From NCBI GenBank assembly GCA_965219995.1, contig CBDCOX010000002.1:5024001-5088000 (forward strand): a DNA stretch of 64,000 bases, in the 5' to 3' direction. Shown here piece by piece: positions 1-10,976 of this stretch. Below the pieces are notes generated by a model, which saw only the letters and a list, made by a program, of their open reading frames with translations, searched no databases and had not been told where the DNA came from. The position numbers and the translations under genes are program-made. This DNA comes from Candidatus Latescibacterota bacterium (GTDB lineage Bacteria; Latescibacterota; UBA2968; GCA-2709665). The first letter of the stretch is position 1; each line of letters opens with the position of its first letter.

Positions 1-325
1 GGGCCGGCGCCCGGGGTTCCAGCCGGACGGCCTTGCGCGCGGCGTCACCCGCCTCGGCGATCCGGTTCAACGAGATCAGATTGCGGGCCAGCGAACTGTA
101 CAGGGTGGCCGCGGTGGAGTCGATGGCAATGGCCGCACGCAGTGCCTCCACGGCGTCTTCGAGTTGCCCCGCAAGTTCGAACCGTTTGGCGTCTATGAAG
201 TGACCCATCGCCTGCGGGTCGGCGCCGCGGGGTTTCGGCCGCGGCGGGTCGATAGCCCGCCGGGGCGCGGCGCAGCCCGCGATGGCCGTCAGAAGGACGA
301 GCGAGATGATTTTACGTGCATCCAT
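1..325 (-). CDS. TPR-repeat lipoprotein (partial, 3' end runs off the window)
   Basis: Manual translation from ATG at 325: MDARKIISLVLLTAIAGC (lipobox IAGC), then TPR-like helices (GQLEDAVEALRAAIAIDS, LNRIAEAGDAARKAVRLEP); frame open to the window edge; not in the ORF track. Confidence 0.75.
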   Translation of the reverse strand, partial: MDARKIISLVLLTAIAGCAAPRRAIDPPRPKPRGADPQAMGHFIDAKRFELAGQLEDAVEALRAAIAIDSTAATLYSSLARNLISLNRIAEAGDAARKAVRLEPRAPA

Positions 326-398
326 GAATAGACGTTGAAGAATTTGGAAGAATGGGTAACGGGCCAGAAATGAACTGCAATTTTTTTTACGTTCCGGA

Positions 399-1811
399 TT
401 AAAAAAGGTTGCCCGCTCGTTTTTCAAGGAGCAGCTTGCCGGCCTCGTTCTCGATAGGGATCGGATAGTCCTGCGTAAAGCAGGCGGTGCAATACTGAAG
501 AGAAGAATTGGGTGCCACGCCGAGCATGCCGTCGAGGGAGAGATAACCCAGGCTGTCCACGCCAAGGTGCTCGCGGATCTGTTCCACGGTCTTGGCGCTG
601 GCGATCAGCTCCTTCTCGGTCTGGAAGTCGATGCCGTAAAAGCAGGGACCGATAATCGGAGGGCAGCTCACGCGGACGTGAACCTGGCGGGCGCCGGCTT
701 CGCGCAACATTCGAATCAGGTGTTTGAGTGTCGTGCCACGGACAATCGAATCTTCCACGACGACCACGCGCTTTCCATTCAGCACGCCCCTGACGGGGTT
801 GTATTTCAGGCGGACCTTGGACGATCGGCTGTCCTGTCCCGGCGTAATAAAGGTGCGTCCCACGTAGTGGTTCCGTATGAGGCCGATCTCGTGTTTGATG
901 CCGGATTGATTGGCGTAACCCAGCGCCGCCGTATTGCTGGAGTCCGGCACGGATATCACGATGTCCGCGGCGGCAGGCTGCTCGATGGCCAGTTGTCTGC
1001 CCAGCCGGCGCCGGGTCTTGTCCACGTTGTCGCCGAAGATGATGCTGTCGGGCCTTGAGAAGTAGATGTATTCGAAAATGCAGAACGCGTGCCGGTCGGC
1101 CTCCGCGGTCGTGAAAGCGCGGAGACCGTGCGTGTCTATCATGACGAGTTCGCCGGGTTCGATGTCGCGAATATAACGCGCCGAGATGATGTCGAGTGCG
1201 CATGACTCGGACGCGACGATCCAGGCATCGCCGAGCTGACCCAGACACAACGGACGGAAACCAAAAGGATCGCGGGCCGCGAACAGCTGGTTTTCCGTGG
1301 CCAGGACCAGAGAATACGCGCCGTCGATCTGCCTCAGCGCGCCCATGATACGATCGACCATCTTCTCTTCCCGGGATCTGGCGACGAGATGGAGGATCAG
1401 TTCGCTGTCGGTCGTGGTCTGAAAAATGGCGCCGTCGGCCTGCATCCCATTGCGGAGTTCGGCTGTATTGGTGAGGTTGCCGTTGTGCGCGACGGCGACA
1501 AAGGCGTCCCGGCACTCCGCCAGAAAAGGCTGGGCGTTGGAAAGGGTGTCCGATCCGGTCGTCGAATACCGATTGTGTCCGATGGCCAGGTGGCCGGGGA
1601 GCCGCTTCAGTACATCGGTGTCGCCGAACACATCGGCCACCTGCCCCATTTCGGTGTGGCGAAACAGGTACTCGCCGTTGCCGGAAACGATGCCGCTGCT
1701 CTCCTCACCCCTGTGCTGCAGCGCGTGCAGGCCCAGCGTGGTGAGCTTCGCCGCATCGCTATTCCCGTAAATGCCGAAGATGCCGCAAAAGTGTTTGACG
1801 CTGTTGTCCAT
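399..1811 (-). CDS. purF: amidophosphoribosyltransferase
   Basis: Short propeptide then CGIFG, QHRGEES, GHNRYST, HNGNL, PRPP motif VVEDSIVRGTT, Fe-S Cys (CIFE, CFYG, CTAC). Confidence 0.97.
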   Translation of the reverse strand: MDNSVKHFCGIFGIYGNSDAAKLTTLGLHALQHRGEESSGIVSGNGEYLFRHTEMGQVADVFGDTDVLKRLPGHLAIGHNRYSTTGSDTLSNAQPFLAECRDAFVAVAHNGNLTNTAELRNGMQADGAIFQTTTDSELILHLVARSREEKMVDRIMGALRQIDGAYSLVLATENQLFAARDPFGFRPLCLGQLGDAWIVASESCALDIISARYIRDIEPGELVMIDTHGLRAFTTAEADRHAFCIFEYIYFSRPDSIIFGDNVDKTRRRLGRQLAIEQPAAADIVISVPDSSNTAALGYANQSGIKHEIGLIRNHYVGRTFITPGQDSRSSKVRLKYNPVRGVLNGKRVVVVEDSIVRGTTLKHLIRMLREAGARQVHVRVSCPPIIGPCFYGIDFQTEKELIASAKTVEQIREHLGVDSLGYLSLDGMLGVAPNSSLQYCTACFTQDYPIPIENEAGKLLLEKRAGNLF

Positions 1812-1895
1812 CGACCCTCCTGTCGGCGGTATGCAGGACTGTCGTGCAGGGAACTCGCGAATGGGTTGGATTGTTCGCGGCGACCACGGGAAACG

Positions 1896-4061
1896 TCAGC
1901 GCCGGCGTCGTCGCCGTCTGCCCGCATTCCCTCTGCGGCGGCGGCCGCGTTCGGGCGCGGACCCACCTTCTCTCAGCGAAAGATCGAGCCGTCGGAATCT
2001 CCGGTCGGCGCGTACAACCTGAACCACCACCGGGTCGCCCAACCTGAATCGCCTGCCGCGGCGTTCTCCAATCAGGGCGCCTTCGCTCTGGTGATACACA
2101 TAATAATCGTCTGCCAGCGTACTGACCCTGACGAGTCCGTCGATCAGGAATTCTTCAAGTTGTGCGAAGAATCCCATGGGCCGTACGCCAACGATTACGG
2201 CGTCGAAGACATCGCCGACGCGATCTTCCAGATAGCGGATCTGTTTGACCTTGATGGACGCTCTCTCCGCCTCCTGAGCCACGGTTTCACGGCCGGTGGT
2301 GATCCTGCCCAGAGCCGGCAGTCTCTCCCGTAGCCCGTTCTTTCTTTCTTCGGTCAATCCGCTGGCTTCTCTCAGCAGGCGATGGACCATCAGGTCCGGG
2401 TACCGTCGAATGGGGGAGGTGAAGTGGGTGTAGTTTTCGCAGGCAAGGCCGAAATGGCCGATGTTGTCCGGAGAGTAAACGGCTTTCTTCATGGACTGCA
2501 GCAACCATGCATTCAGGACCTGGCCGACGGGTTTCCCGTTGACATCCGCCAGAAACTTCTGAATGTCGGCGGAAGTAATCCGGTCCCGACGTGGAAACCC
2601 GAATCCAAAGGCTGCCACGTTGTCCGCGAATTCCGAAAGTTTGGTCGCATCCGGCCTTTCGTGAACCCGGTAAAGCCCGGGCAGATTCCGGTCGCGGAGA
2701 TGGCAGGCCACGGTTTCGTTGGCCAGCAGCATGAACTCTTCGATCATGCGGTGGCTGTCGAGGCGTTCGCTCCTGCGAATCGAAGTGACATTGCCCTCCC
2801 GGTCCACGTCAAGACGGGGTTCGGCAATATTGAAATCGATCGCGCCTCGTCTCAATCGCCGGCGGGTGATGCGCCTCCGAAGGTCGTCCATCTTCCGCAT
2901 CAGGCTGCGGTGGGGCGCTGAACCGCACTGTCCACCGCCATTGAGACACTTCTGGGCTTGCATGTAGGACAGCTTTGCCCGGCTTCGGACCACGGACGGG
3001 ACGATCTCCGCTTTCATCGATCTCCCGTTTCGGTCGAGATCGATGAGGACGCTGATTGCGAGCCGGTCCTCGTCCGGCAGGAGCGAGCACAGGTTTCCGG
3101 ACAGCCGTTCCGGCAGCATGGGAATCACCCGGCCGGCGAGGTAGACGCTGGTTCCTCTCGTCAGTGCTTCATGGTCCAGCGGGCCGCCTTCTTTGACGTA
3201 GTGGCCGACGTCGGCAATGTGCACGCCCAGACGGTATCCGCCTCCGGGCCGGTCTTCGAGAGAGACGGCGTCGTCGTGGTCGCGGGCGTCTTCCGGATCG
3301 ATGGTAACGCAAATGAGATGACGGAGGTCCTGCCGGTTTTGGATTTCCGCGGCAGGAATCCGGTCTGAAAATTCCTCCGCGGCTTCGAGTACGTTCGGAG
3401 GGAACTCGATCGGCAGGTCGTACTCTTTCACGATGGAAAGGGTGTCGACGCCGGGGTCGTCGGGGTGTCCCAGGATTTCGACGATCTCGCCTTCGGGATC
3501 GGGGTTTTCCGGGAGCCAGGATCTGAGACGGACAACAACCAGCTGACCGTCCCGTGCCCCTCCGGCATCTTCCGGGGAGACGTAGACGTCCCTGGGAATC
3601 CGGGGATCGTCAGGTTCGACAAATCCGACGCGCGAACCGGCGCGATAGATTCCAATAATACATCTCGCACCGCGTTCCAGTACGCGGACGATCTCGCCTT
3701 CGGGCTTGCCGCCGCGCCTGCGGGAAACGCGTGCCACGACACGGTCGCCGTGCAACCCGCCGCGAAGGCCCCCGGGCGCCACGAATATATCGGGGGATCT
3801 TTCGTCGCGACAGACAAATCCGAATCCGTCGGGATTGACGCTCAGCAGACCCGTGGCGAGATTGAGCCTGTCGGGAGGGCCGAAGCGGCTGTTGCGCAGC
3901 CTGACGATAGCGCCTTCCCGTTCGAGTTGGACGAGCAGGCGCCGAAATTGCCGATAGTCGTGTTCGGGCACTCGCAACGCCCGGCTCAATTCGCGAGGCT
4001 TGAGCGGGCGGCCCGCTTCTTTACAGATGAAATTCAGAACCCGGTCGCGGGTTATGGGCAT
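1896..4061 (-). CDS. rnr: ribonuclease R
   Basis: N-terminal HTH, CSD domains (GFGFV), RNB motif TIDPEDARDHDDA, YTHFTSPIRRYPDL, S1 domain, Arg-rich tail. Confidence 0.95.
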   Translation of the reverse strand: MPITRDRVLNFICKEAGRPLKPRELSRALRVPEHDYRQFRRLLVQLEREGAIVRLRNSRFGPPDRLNLATGLLSVNPDGFGFVCRDERSPDIFVAPGGLRGGLHGDRVVARVSRRRGGKPEGEIVRVLERGARCIIGIYRAGSRVGFVEPDDPRIPRDVYVSPEDAGGARDGQLVVVRLRSWLPENPDPEGEIVEILGHPDDPGVDTLSIVKEYDLPIEFPPNVLEAAEEFSDRIPAAEIQNRQDLRHLICVTIDPEDARDHDDAVSLEDRPGGGYRLGVHIADVGHYVKEGGPLDHEALTRGTSVYLAGRVIPMLPERLSGNLCSLLPDEDRLAISVLIDLDRNGRSMKAEIVPSVVRSRAKLSYMQAQKCLNGGGQCGSAPHRSLMRKMDDLRRRITRRRLRRGAIDFNIAEPRLDVDREGNVTSIRRSERLDSHRMIEEFMLLANETVACHLRDRNLPGLYRVHERPDATKLSEFADNVAAFGFGFPRRDRITSADIQKFLADVNGKPVGQVLNAWLLQSMKKAVYSPDNIGHFGLACENYTHFTSPIRRYPDLMVHRLLREASGLTEERKNGLRERLPALGRITTGRETVAQEAERASIKVKQIRYLEDRVGDVFDAVIVGVRPMGFFAQLEEFLIDGLVRVSTLADDYYVYHQSEGALIGERRGRRFRLGDPVVVQVVRADRRFRRLDLSLREGGSAPERGRRRRGNAGRRRRRRR

Positions 4062-4334
4062 GGTGATATTTCATCCCGGTCACGCAGATCCTGAAACAAT
4101 TCCGAAGGGCAGGCGCCACCGCTATTCTCTTGATGCACGGGGGCGAAATCCTTACCTTTCGGCGACCGTTCGAGTTCTCATTGAATATATAAGGTACCGC
4201 CCGGAAAATCAAAAATAAATGGCCGGGAAGAATGGAAATTTCACTCAAATGAGAAGGAGGGTTTCGAGGAGTTCAGCCGGGTTCGCCGGGTAACGCGTAC
4301 CGCACGGGAGGTAGTTCACCAAAGGAGTTTGGAT

Positions 4335-4796
4335 ATGAGACGTCTGATTCCGATAATCTTCCTACCGCTCTTTCTGATCATTCTGCACGGGCCTGCAGTT
4401 TCGCACTGTGAGATCCCCTGCGGCATCTATGGCGACGACGCAAGATTCACGGCCATTGCGGAGAATCTGACGACGGTCGAGAAGTCGATGAAACTGATCG
4501 TGCAGCTTTCCGCCGAACCGGGCAAGAACGCGAATCAGCTGGTGCGATGGGTGAATAACAAGGAGGTTCATGCGGACCGCATTCGCGAGATTGTGACGCA
4601 GTACTTCCTGGCACAGCGAATCAAGGCGCCCGCGGACGACGATCCGGCCGCGCGTACGGCCTATACCGGGAAGCTGGCATTGCTCCATCAGATGATCGTC
4701 TCAGCGATGAAATGCAAGCAGACCACCGACGTCGCCCATGTGAAGAAATCACGGGAACTGTTGCAGGCGTTCCAGGCGTTGTACAATAAGAAATAG
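4335..4796 (+). CDS. sodN: nickel superoxide dismutase precursor with signal peptide
   Basis: Ni-hook HCEIPCGIY directly after a hydrophobic leader; NQLVRWVNNKEVHA; SD AAGGAG 7 nt before ATG 4335. Confidence 0.9.
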   Translation: MRRLIPIIFLPLFLIILHGPAVSHCEIPCGIYGDDARFTAIAENLTTVEKSMKLIVQLSAEPGKNANQLVRWVNNKEVHADRIREIVTQYFLAQRIKAPADDDPAARTAYTGKLALLHQMIVSAMKCKQTTDVAHVKKSRELLQAFQALYNKK

Positions 4797-4841
4797 GCGG
4801 CCGCGGGCCGTCCTGCGCATGCGAGCCGCAGGAAAAATCAC

Positions 4842-4873
4842 GCCGGGTCTTCCCAGGAAGGTCCGGTTTTTTT
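4842..4873 (+). terminator. probable intrinsic terminator of sodN
   Basis: CCGGGTCTTCC/GGAAGGTCCGG stem (with GU pairs) followed by a T-run. Confidence 0.6.
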
Positions 4874-4893
4874 ATACAATAGCCAGATTTTCC

Positions 4894-4922
4894 TTGCCAA
4901 CAATACGACGGTTTGATATATT
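4894..4922 (+). promoter_or_regulatory. sigma70-type promoter of groESL
   Basis: TTGCCA-N17-TATATT with extended TG, directly upstream of CIRCE. Confidence 0.65.
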
Positions 4923-4931
4923 TGTCGATCG

Positions 4932-4958
4932 TTGGCACTCAACGATTCAGAGTGCTAA
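4932..4958 (+). promoter_or_regulatory. CIRCE element (HrcA operator)
   Basis: TTGGCACTC-N9-GAGTGCTAA, one mismatch to TTAGCACTC-N9-GAGTGCTAA, upstream of groES. Confidence 0.93.
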
Positions 4959-5030
4959 TATCGACGTAACGTTTTAAAATCAATAGATTTAACGCCGATC
5001 CCGTCTCATTTCTTCAAGGAGGTAAGAGAC

Positions 5031-5327
5031 ATGGCAGTCAAGGTGAAGCCGCTGGGAGATCGAGTGCTGGTCAGGCCCCAGGAAGAAGAAGAACAGGTGA
5101 AGGGGGGCATAATTATACCGGACACGGCAAAAGAGAAGCCTCAGCGCGGTGAAATCGTTGCCGTCGGCGACGGCAAACTGGATGATTCCGGAAACAGAAT
5201 CGCCCCGTCCGTGTCGTCCGGCGACGTCGTGCTTTACGGCAAATATTCCGGCACGGAGGTGCGGCTGGACGACGAGGACCATCTCATCATGTCCGAGAGC
5301 GATATCCTGGCGATCATTGAAGACTGA
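5031..5327 (+). CDS. groES: co-chaperonin GroES
   Basis: [31 protein letters not shown]. Confidence 0.98.
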   Translation: MAVKVKPLGDRVLVRPQEEEEQVKGGIIIPDTAKEKPQRGEIVAVGDGKLDDSGNRIAPSVSSGDVVLYGKYSGTEVRLDDEDHLIMSESDILAIIED

Positions 5328-5341
5328 GGCAGTTCCTGTAA

Positions 5342-6985
<1,644 letters not shown>

Positions 6986-7024
6986 AGAAGTGATGCCTCC
7001 GTTCGCTGTGAAGGAGGCTGAAGA

Positions 7025-7064
7025 AAAAAGAAACGCGCCTTTGAAAAAAGGCGCGTTTCTTTTT
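7025..7064. terminator. bidirectional intrinsic terminator between groEL and moeB
   Basis: AAAAAGAAACGCGCCTTT-GAAA-AAAGGCGCGTTTCTTTTT perfect hairpin. Confidence 0.85.
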
Positions 7065-7159
7065 GTGGATCAACCAGGTGTGTTAACCTTGACTTTCAAT
7101 CATTCTGGGACCCAATTGTCGAATTGAACGACCTCGATACCCCGCTCTCGCATTGAGCC

Positions 7160-7186
7160 CTTTTGTGCCTTTTGTGCTTTTTGTGG
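7160..7186. repeat. 9-mer tandem repeat (CTTTTGTGC-type); related copies at 10998-11025 and, inverted, at 61803-61832
   Basis: cttttgtgc cttttgtgc tttttgtgg here; ccacaaaaa gcacaaagg gcacaaaag at 61.8 kb. Confidence 0.7.
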
Positions 7187-7219
7187 TAAATTTAACTGTT
7201 GTCCTTTTTCGAATTGAGG

Positions 7220-8398
7220 TTAATCGTCCGCGGCTTCCTGGTGCGTCACGCCGTTGCAGAAAGCGACGTAGTCGATCAGTTCGGTAATCTCCGGATTGTC
7301 ACCGCAGACCGGGCAGCCGGGGTCGCGCCGGATCTTGAACGTGCGGAAGCTCATGGCAAGCGCATCGTACATGAGCAATCTGCCGATCAGGGGTTCGCCC
7401 TGTCCGAGAATCAGCTTGACCACTTCGGTGGCTTGAATCAGGCCCACGGTTCCCGGCAGTACGCCCAGCACCCCCGCATCGGCGCACGACGGCGCCAGTT
7501 CGGCGGGCGGCGGTTCGGGGTAGAGGCATCGGTAGCAGGGCCCCTCGAGGTCGCAGGGATAGATGGTCACCTGGCCCTCGAAACGGAAAATGCTCCCGTC
7601 TACGATGGGTTTGCGCGCGAAGACGCAGGCGTCGTTCACCATATAACGCGTGGGGAAGTTGTCGCAGCCGTTCACGACGAGGTCGTAGTCCGCGATTATG
7701 TCCATCACGTTATCGGAATTGAGAAACTCGACATAGGGCACCACCTTGCAGCCGGGATTCAGGTCTTGCAGGGTCTCGCGCGCGGAGATGGCTTTCGGCC
7801 TGCCCACGTCGGAAGTGCCGTGCAGGATCTGGCGCTGTAGATTGGTCACGTCCACCACGTCCGCGTCCACGATCCCCAGGGTGCCAACGCCGGCTGCGGC
7901 GAGATAGTAGGCTGCCGGACAGCCCAGTCCACCGGCGCCGACCATCAGCACCTTCGCGTCAAGCAGCTTGCCCTGACCCTTTTCGCCCACTTCGGGGACC
8001 AGGAGATGCCTTGAGTAACGCTGGACCTCGGCTTTGCTGAGCGCTCTGTCGCGCTGAATCGGATAGCCCGCCTCCACCCACGCGTCGTAGCCGCCCTCCA
8101 GGTAAACAACGTTGTTATATCCCATGTTTTTCAGGTCACGCGCCGCGAGTGGTCCCTGGTTTTCGTCTCCGTAGACCAGGACGGCGGTTGAGCGGTCATT
8201 CGCCAGGGTTTCGATGCGCAACTCGAGAAATCCTCTGGAGAGGTTTTCCGCGCCATCGATATAGCCCCCGGCGTAGTCCTCCCGTTCCCGGACGTCCAGA
8301 AGCAGCACGCCGTCCATCCGCTCGCGGGCGTCTTCGGGTGAAATGCCCCGGACCTCGCTCCTCACGTTTTCCATCAGCGATTCAAATGCCGTGCTCAT
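7220..8398 (-). CDS. moeB: MoeB/ThiF-family sulfur-carrier adenylyltransferase with N-terminal rhodanese-like domain
   Basis: RYSRH, GAGGLG, NLQRQILH, CYRC and CPVC zinc sites; N-terminal LLDVRE...GGYDAW rhodanese fold; start reassigned to ATG 8398 (SD GGAGG). Confidence 0.9.
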   Translation of the reverse strand: MSTAFESLMENVRSEVRGISPEDARERMDGVLLLDVREREDYAGGYIDGAENLSRGFLELRIETLANDRSTAVLVYGDENQGPLAARDLKNMGYNNVVYLEGGYDAWVEAGYPIQRDRALSKAEVQRYSRHLLVPEVGEKGQGKLLDAKVLMVGAGGLGCPAAYYLAAAGVGTLGIVDADVVDVTNLQRQILHGTSDVGRPKAISARETLQDLNPGCKVVPYVEFLNSDNVMDIIADYDLVVNGCDNFPTRYMVNDACVFARKPIVDGSIFRFEGQVTIYPCDLEGPCYRCLYPEPPPAELAPSCADAGVLGVLPGTVGLIQATEVVKLILGQGEPLIGRLLMYDALAMSFRTFKIRRDPGCPVCGDNPEITELIDYVAFCNGVTHQEAADD

Positions 8399-8538
8399 GG
8401 TATCCCTCCGGTGCAAAAGATATCGTCATCAAGTACGCGTAATGTATCCAATTTCGGCCCTGAAGGCAAAATCAATCGGCCGTGTACCGGAATTACATTA
8501 CCTGAATATCGCCAGACATCCGGGTCCGACCTGGCGTT

Positions 8539-9357
8539 TCACGAAATGGTGATTTTGGGTCCCGGCTGCTCGAAGGCGTCGATCCGGTCCACGATCTTCC
8601 GCGCGATTTCGAGAAAGGTCCGTGTCACATCGGTTTCCTCTGCCGCGATCGGGTTGCCGGCGTCGCCGCCTTCGCGAATGGCCGGAAGGATGGGCAGTTG
8701 ACCGAGCAGCGGGATATTGAAGGCCTGGGCGATCCGATCGCCGCCGCCCGTGCCGAAGATGGCCGCGGTTTCGCCGCAGCAGGGACACGCGAATGCGCTC
8801 ATGTTCTCCACGGCGCCCAGAACGGGCACGTCCACTTTGCGGAACATCTCCACGCTTCGCGTTACGTCTTCCAGCGCAACGTCCTGCGGCGTGGTGACGA
8901 TCACCGCGCCGCTGAGCGGAACGGTCTGCGCGAGGGTGAGCTGGGCGTCGCCGGTTCCGGGCGGAAGATCGACAACGAGGAAATCCAGCGCGCCCCAGGC
9001 AACGTCGGTCATGAACTGCTGGATCATCTTTCCCACGATGGGGCCGCGCCAGATCACGGGGGTGTCCTCGCCCGCGATGAGTCCGAGAGACATCAGTTTG
9101 ACGCCGTGGTTTTCGAGAGGGATGATCTTGCCGTCCACTGCCCGCGGCTGTTCGGTAGCGCCCAGCATCATCGGGACATTGGGCCCATAGATGTCGGCGT
9201 CGAGCAGGCCGACGGTCTGCCCCTGGCGCGCCAGGGCGACCGACAGGTTCACGCTCACGGTGGTCTTGCCCACGCCTCCCTTGCCGCTGGAAACGGCCAC
9301 GATATGCTCGACGTCGGGAATGGGGCGCGGATTCGGCATGCCGGGTGGCCTTTGCAT
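8539..9357 (-). CDS. apbC: Mrp/ApbC (NBP35 family) Fe-S cluster carrier ATPase
   Basis: SGKGGVGKT, DADIYGP, WRGP, DLPPGTGD, ENMS..CPCC; start reassigned to ATG 9357. Confidence 0.92.
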   Translation of the reverse strand: MQRPPGMPNPRPIPDVEHIVAVSSGKGGVGKTTVSVNLSVALARQGQTVGLLDADIYGPNVPMMLGATEQPRAVDGKIIPLENHGVKLMSLGLIAGEDTPVIWRGPIVGKMIQQFMTDVAWGALDFLVVDLPPGTGDAQLTLAQTVPLSGAVIVTTPQDVALEDVTRSVEMFRKVDVPVLGAVENMSAFACPCCGETAAIFGTGGGDRIAQAFNIPLLGQLPILPAIREGGDAGNPIAAEETDVTRTFLEIARKIVDRIDAFEQPGPKITIS

Positions 9358-9412
9358 GGATTCGTTCCTTGGCGTGTATTGCGTGGGTTTGGTGTCTGTA
9401 CGTCCGAGCGCG

Positions 9413-10591
9413 CTACATGCGGCGCTGACTCGCGTTACCGTAGGGTGAGATCTCCCGCAGCCGTTCGACTTCGCCGATGACTCGCCCGGCCACAAAGTCG
9501 ATTTCGGCTTCGGTGTTGAATCTTCCGATGCCGAACCGGATGCTGCTTTCGGCCAGACGGTTCGAAACCCCCAACGCCCGCAGCACGTACGAGGGTTCCA
9601 GCGCCGCCGAGGTGCAGGCGGAGCCGGAAGAGAGCGCAATCTCGCTCAGGCCCACCATGAGGCTCTCGCCATCCACGCCTTCGAAGCTGACGTTCAGATT
9701 TCCATCCAGTCGTGTCTCCGGATGCCCATTGAGGAAGACGTCGTCGAGTCCGTCGAAAAGACGGGTTTTCAGACGCTCGCGCAATCCCCGGAGCCGGGCG
9801 CCTTCAGCGTCCATTTCCACGCCCGCAAGTTCGCAGGCCACCCCTAGCCCGACGATGCCCGGCACGTTCAACGTGCCGGAGCGCATGCCGCGTTCGTGGC
9901 CGCCGCCGTCGATTTCCGCCACGAGACGCACACGGGGCCGGCTGCGGACGTAGAGTGCGCCGACGCCCTTGGGGCCGTACAGCTTGTGGGCGGAAATCGA
10001 GAGCAGGTCGATGCCGAGGGCCTGTACGTCGATCGGCAGCTTTCCCACGGCCTGGGCGGCGTCGCAGTGGAAGAGGATGTTCCGTTCCCTGCAGATGGCG
10101 CCGATCTCGTCCAGCGGCTGCACGGTGCCGATCTCGTTGTTGGCCGCCATGATGGAGACAAGCAAGGTGTCATCGCGAATTGCGTCGGAGACGGCTGCCG
10201 GCGCGACCAGTCCGCAACGGTCTACCGGCAGGACGGAAACGTCGAAACCGCGCCGTTCCAGCGCTTTGCACGAATCCAGGACGGCGTGGTGTTCGGTGGC
10301 CTGGGTGATGATGTGTCCGCCCTTCTCACGTCGCACGGCAGCCACGCCCTTGATGGCCAGGTTGTCCGATTCCGTCGCGCCGCTGGTGAAGACAATGTCC
10401 CTCGCGTCGGCGCGGATCAGGTCTGCAATCTGCTCGCGGGCCCGGTCCACCGCTGTTTCCGCGGCCCACCCGAAGCTGTGGGTACGGCTGGCCGCGTTGC
10501 CGAAATCCGCCTTGAAATAGGGCATCATCGCGTCCAGCACCCTTGGGTCGACCGGCGTCGTGGCCTGGTTGTCCATGTATATGGGCGTCAT
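9413..10591 (-). CDS. iscS: cysteine desulfurase (IscS/NifS group I)
   Basis: [35 protein letters not shown]; start reassigned to ATG 10591. Confidence 0.95.
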   Translation of the reverse strand: MTPIYMDNQATTPVDPRVLDAMMPYFKADFGNAASRTHSFGWAAETAVDRAREQIADLIRADARDIVFTSGATESDNLAIKGVAAVRREKGGHIITQATEHHAVLDSCKALERRGFDVSVLPVDRCGLVAPAAVSDAIRDDTLLVSIMAANNEIGTVQPLDEIGAICRERNILFHCDAAQAVGKLPIDVQALGIDLLSISAHKLYGPKGVGALYVRSRPRVRLVAEIDGGGHERGMRSGTLNVPGIVGLGVACELAGVEMDAEGARLRGLRERLKTRLFDGLDDVFLNGHPETRLDGNLNVSFEGVDGESLMVGLSEIALSSGSACTSAALEPSYVLRALGVSNRLAESSIRFGIGRFNTEAEIDFVAGRVIGEVERLREISPYGNASQRRM

Positions 10592-10653
10592 AGCGGTATC
10601 GATCGGGATCGTACTTCGGTGAGACGTGAGCCGGCAGATGAAAAACCTGAAAG

Positions 10654-10782
10654 CGGTGAGACGGTAGACGCAAGACGGTAGATGACATCCTTGCCCGATT
10701 GAGTCTTCCTTAATGCCTTCGGCAAGAAATGAAACTGCATACGGCAGGCAATCTCTCACGTCTCCCGTCTGACGTCTACCCG
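10654..10782. repeat. nested-hairpin intergenic repeat, copy A
   Basis: AGACG-heptamer arms closing on CGTCT arms; core TGCCCGATTG...ATGCCTTCGGCA..AAATGAAA shared with 19103-19217 and 30909-31021. Confidence 0.8.
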
Positions 10783-10805
10783 CCGTTGGCTGATTGCTGC
10801 CTTTA

Positions 10806-10843
10806 CTCCCCTTTCCTTCAGGAGAGGGGCCGGGGGGAGAGGT
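10806..10843. repeat. purine/pyrimidine palindromic repeat (CTCCCCT..C..GGAGAGGGG..GGGGGGAGAGG)
   Basis: Similar copy at 21676-21716 and a half copy at 31021-31048. Confidence 0.7.
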
Positions 10844-10950
10844 CTGCGTCCCTTCCGGTGCTTCATCATCACGGCGCTTACGTCAACCGTCGTGGCTTTT
10901 GGTTCAAGCTGTTCGCTGAAAACTTACAGCTGATTGCTGAATTCTGGATT

Positions 10951-10976
10951 GTAGGGGCAATCCTTGTGGTTGCCCG
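10951..10976 (+). repeat. GTAG-type REP-like palindrome
   Basis: GTAG-GGGCAATC-CTTGT-GGTTGCCC; partial relative at 19076-19095. Confidence 0.6.

Noticed and set aside
4229-4250. Possible metal-regulator box upstream of sodN (TGGAAATTTCA)
   Set aside because: Short imperfect palindrome that cannot be distinguished from chance
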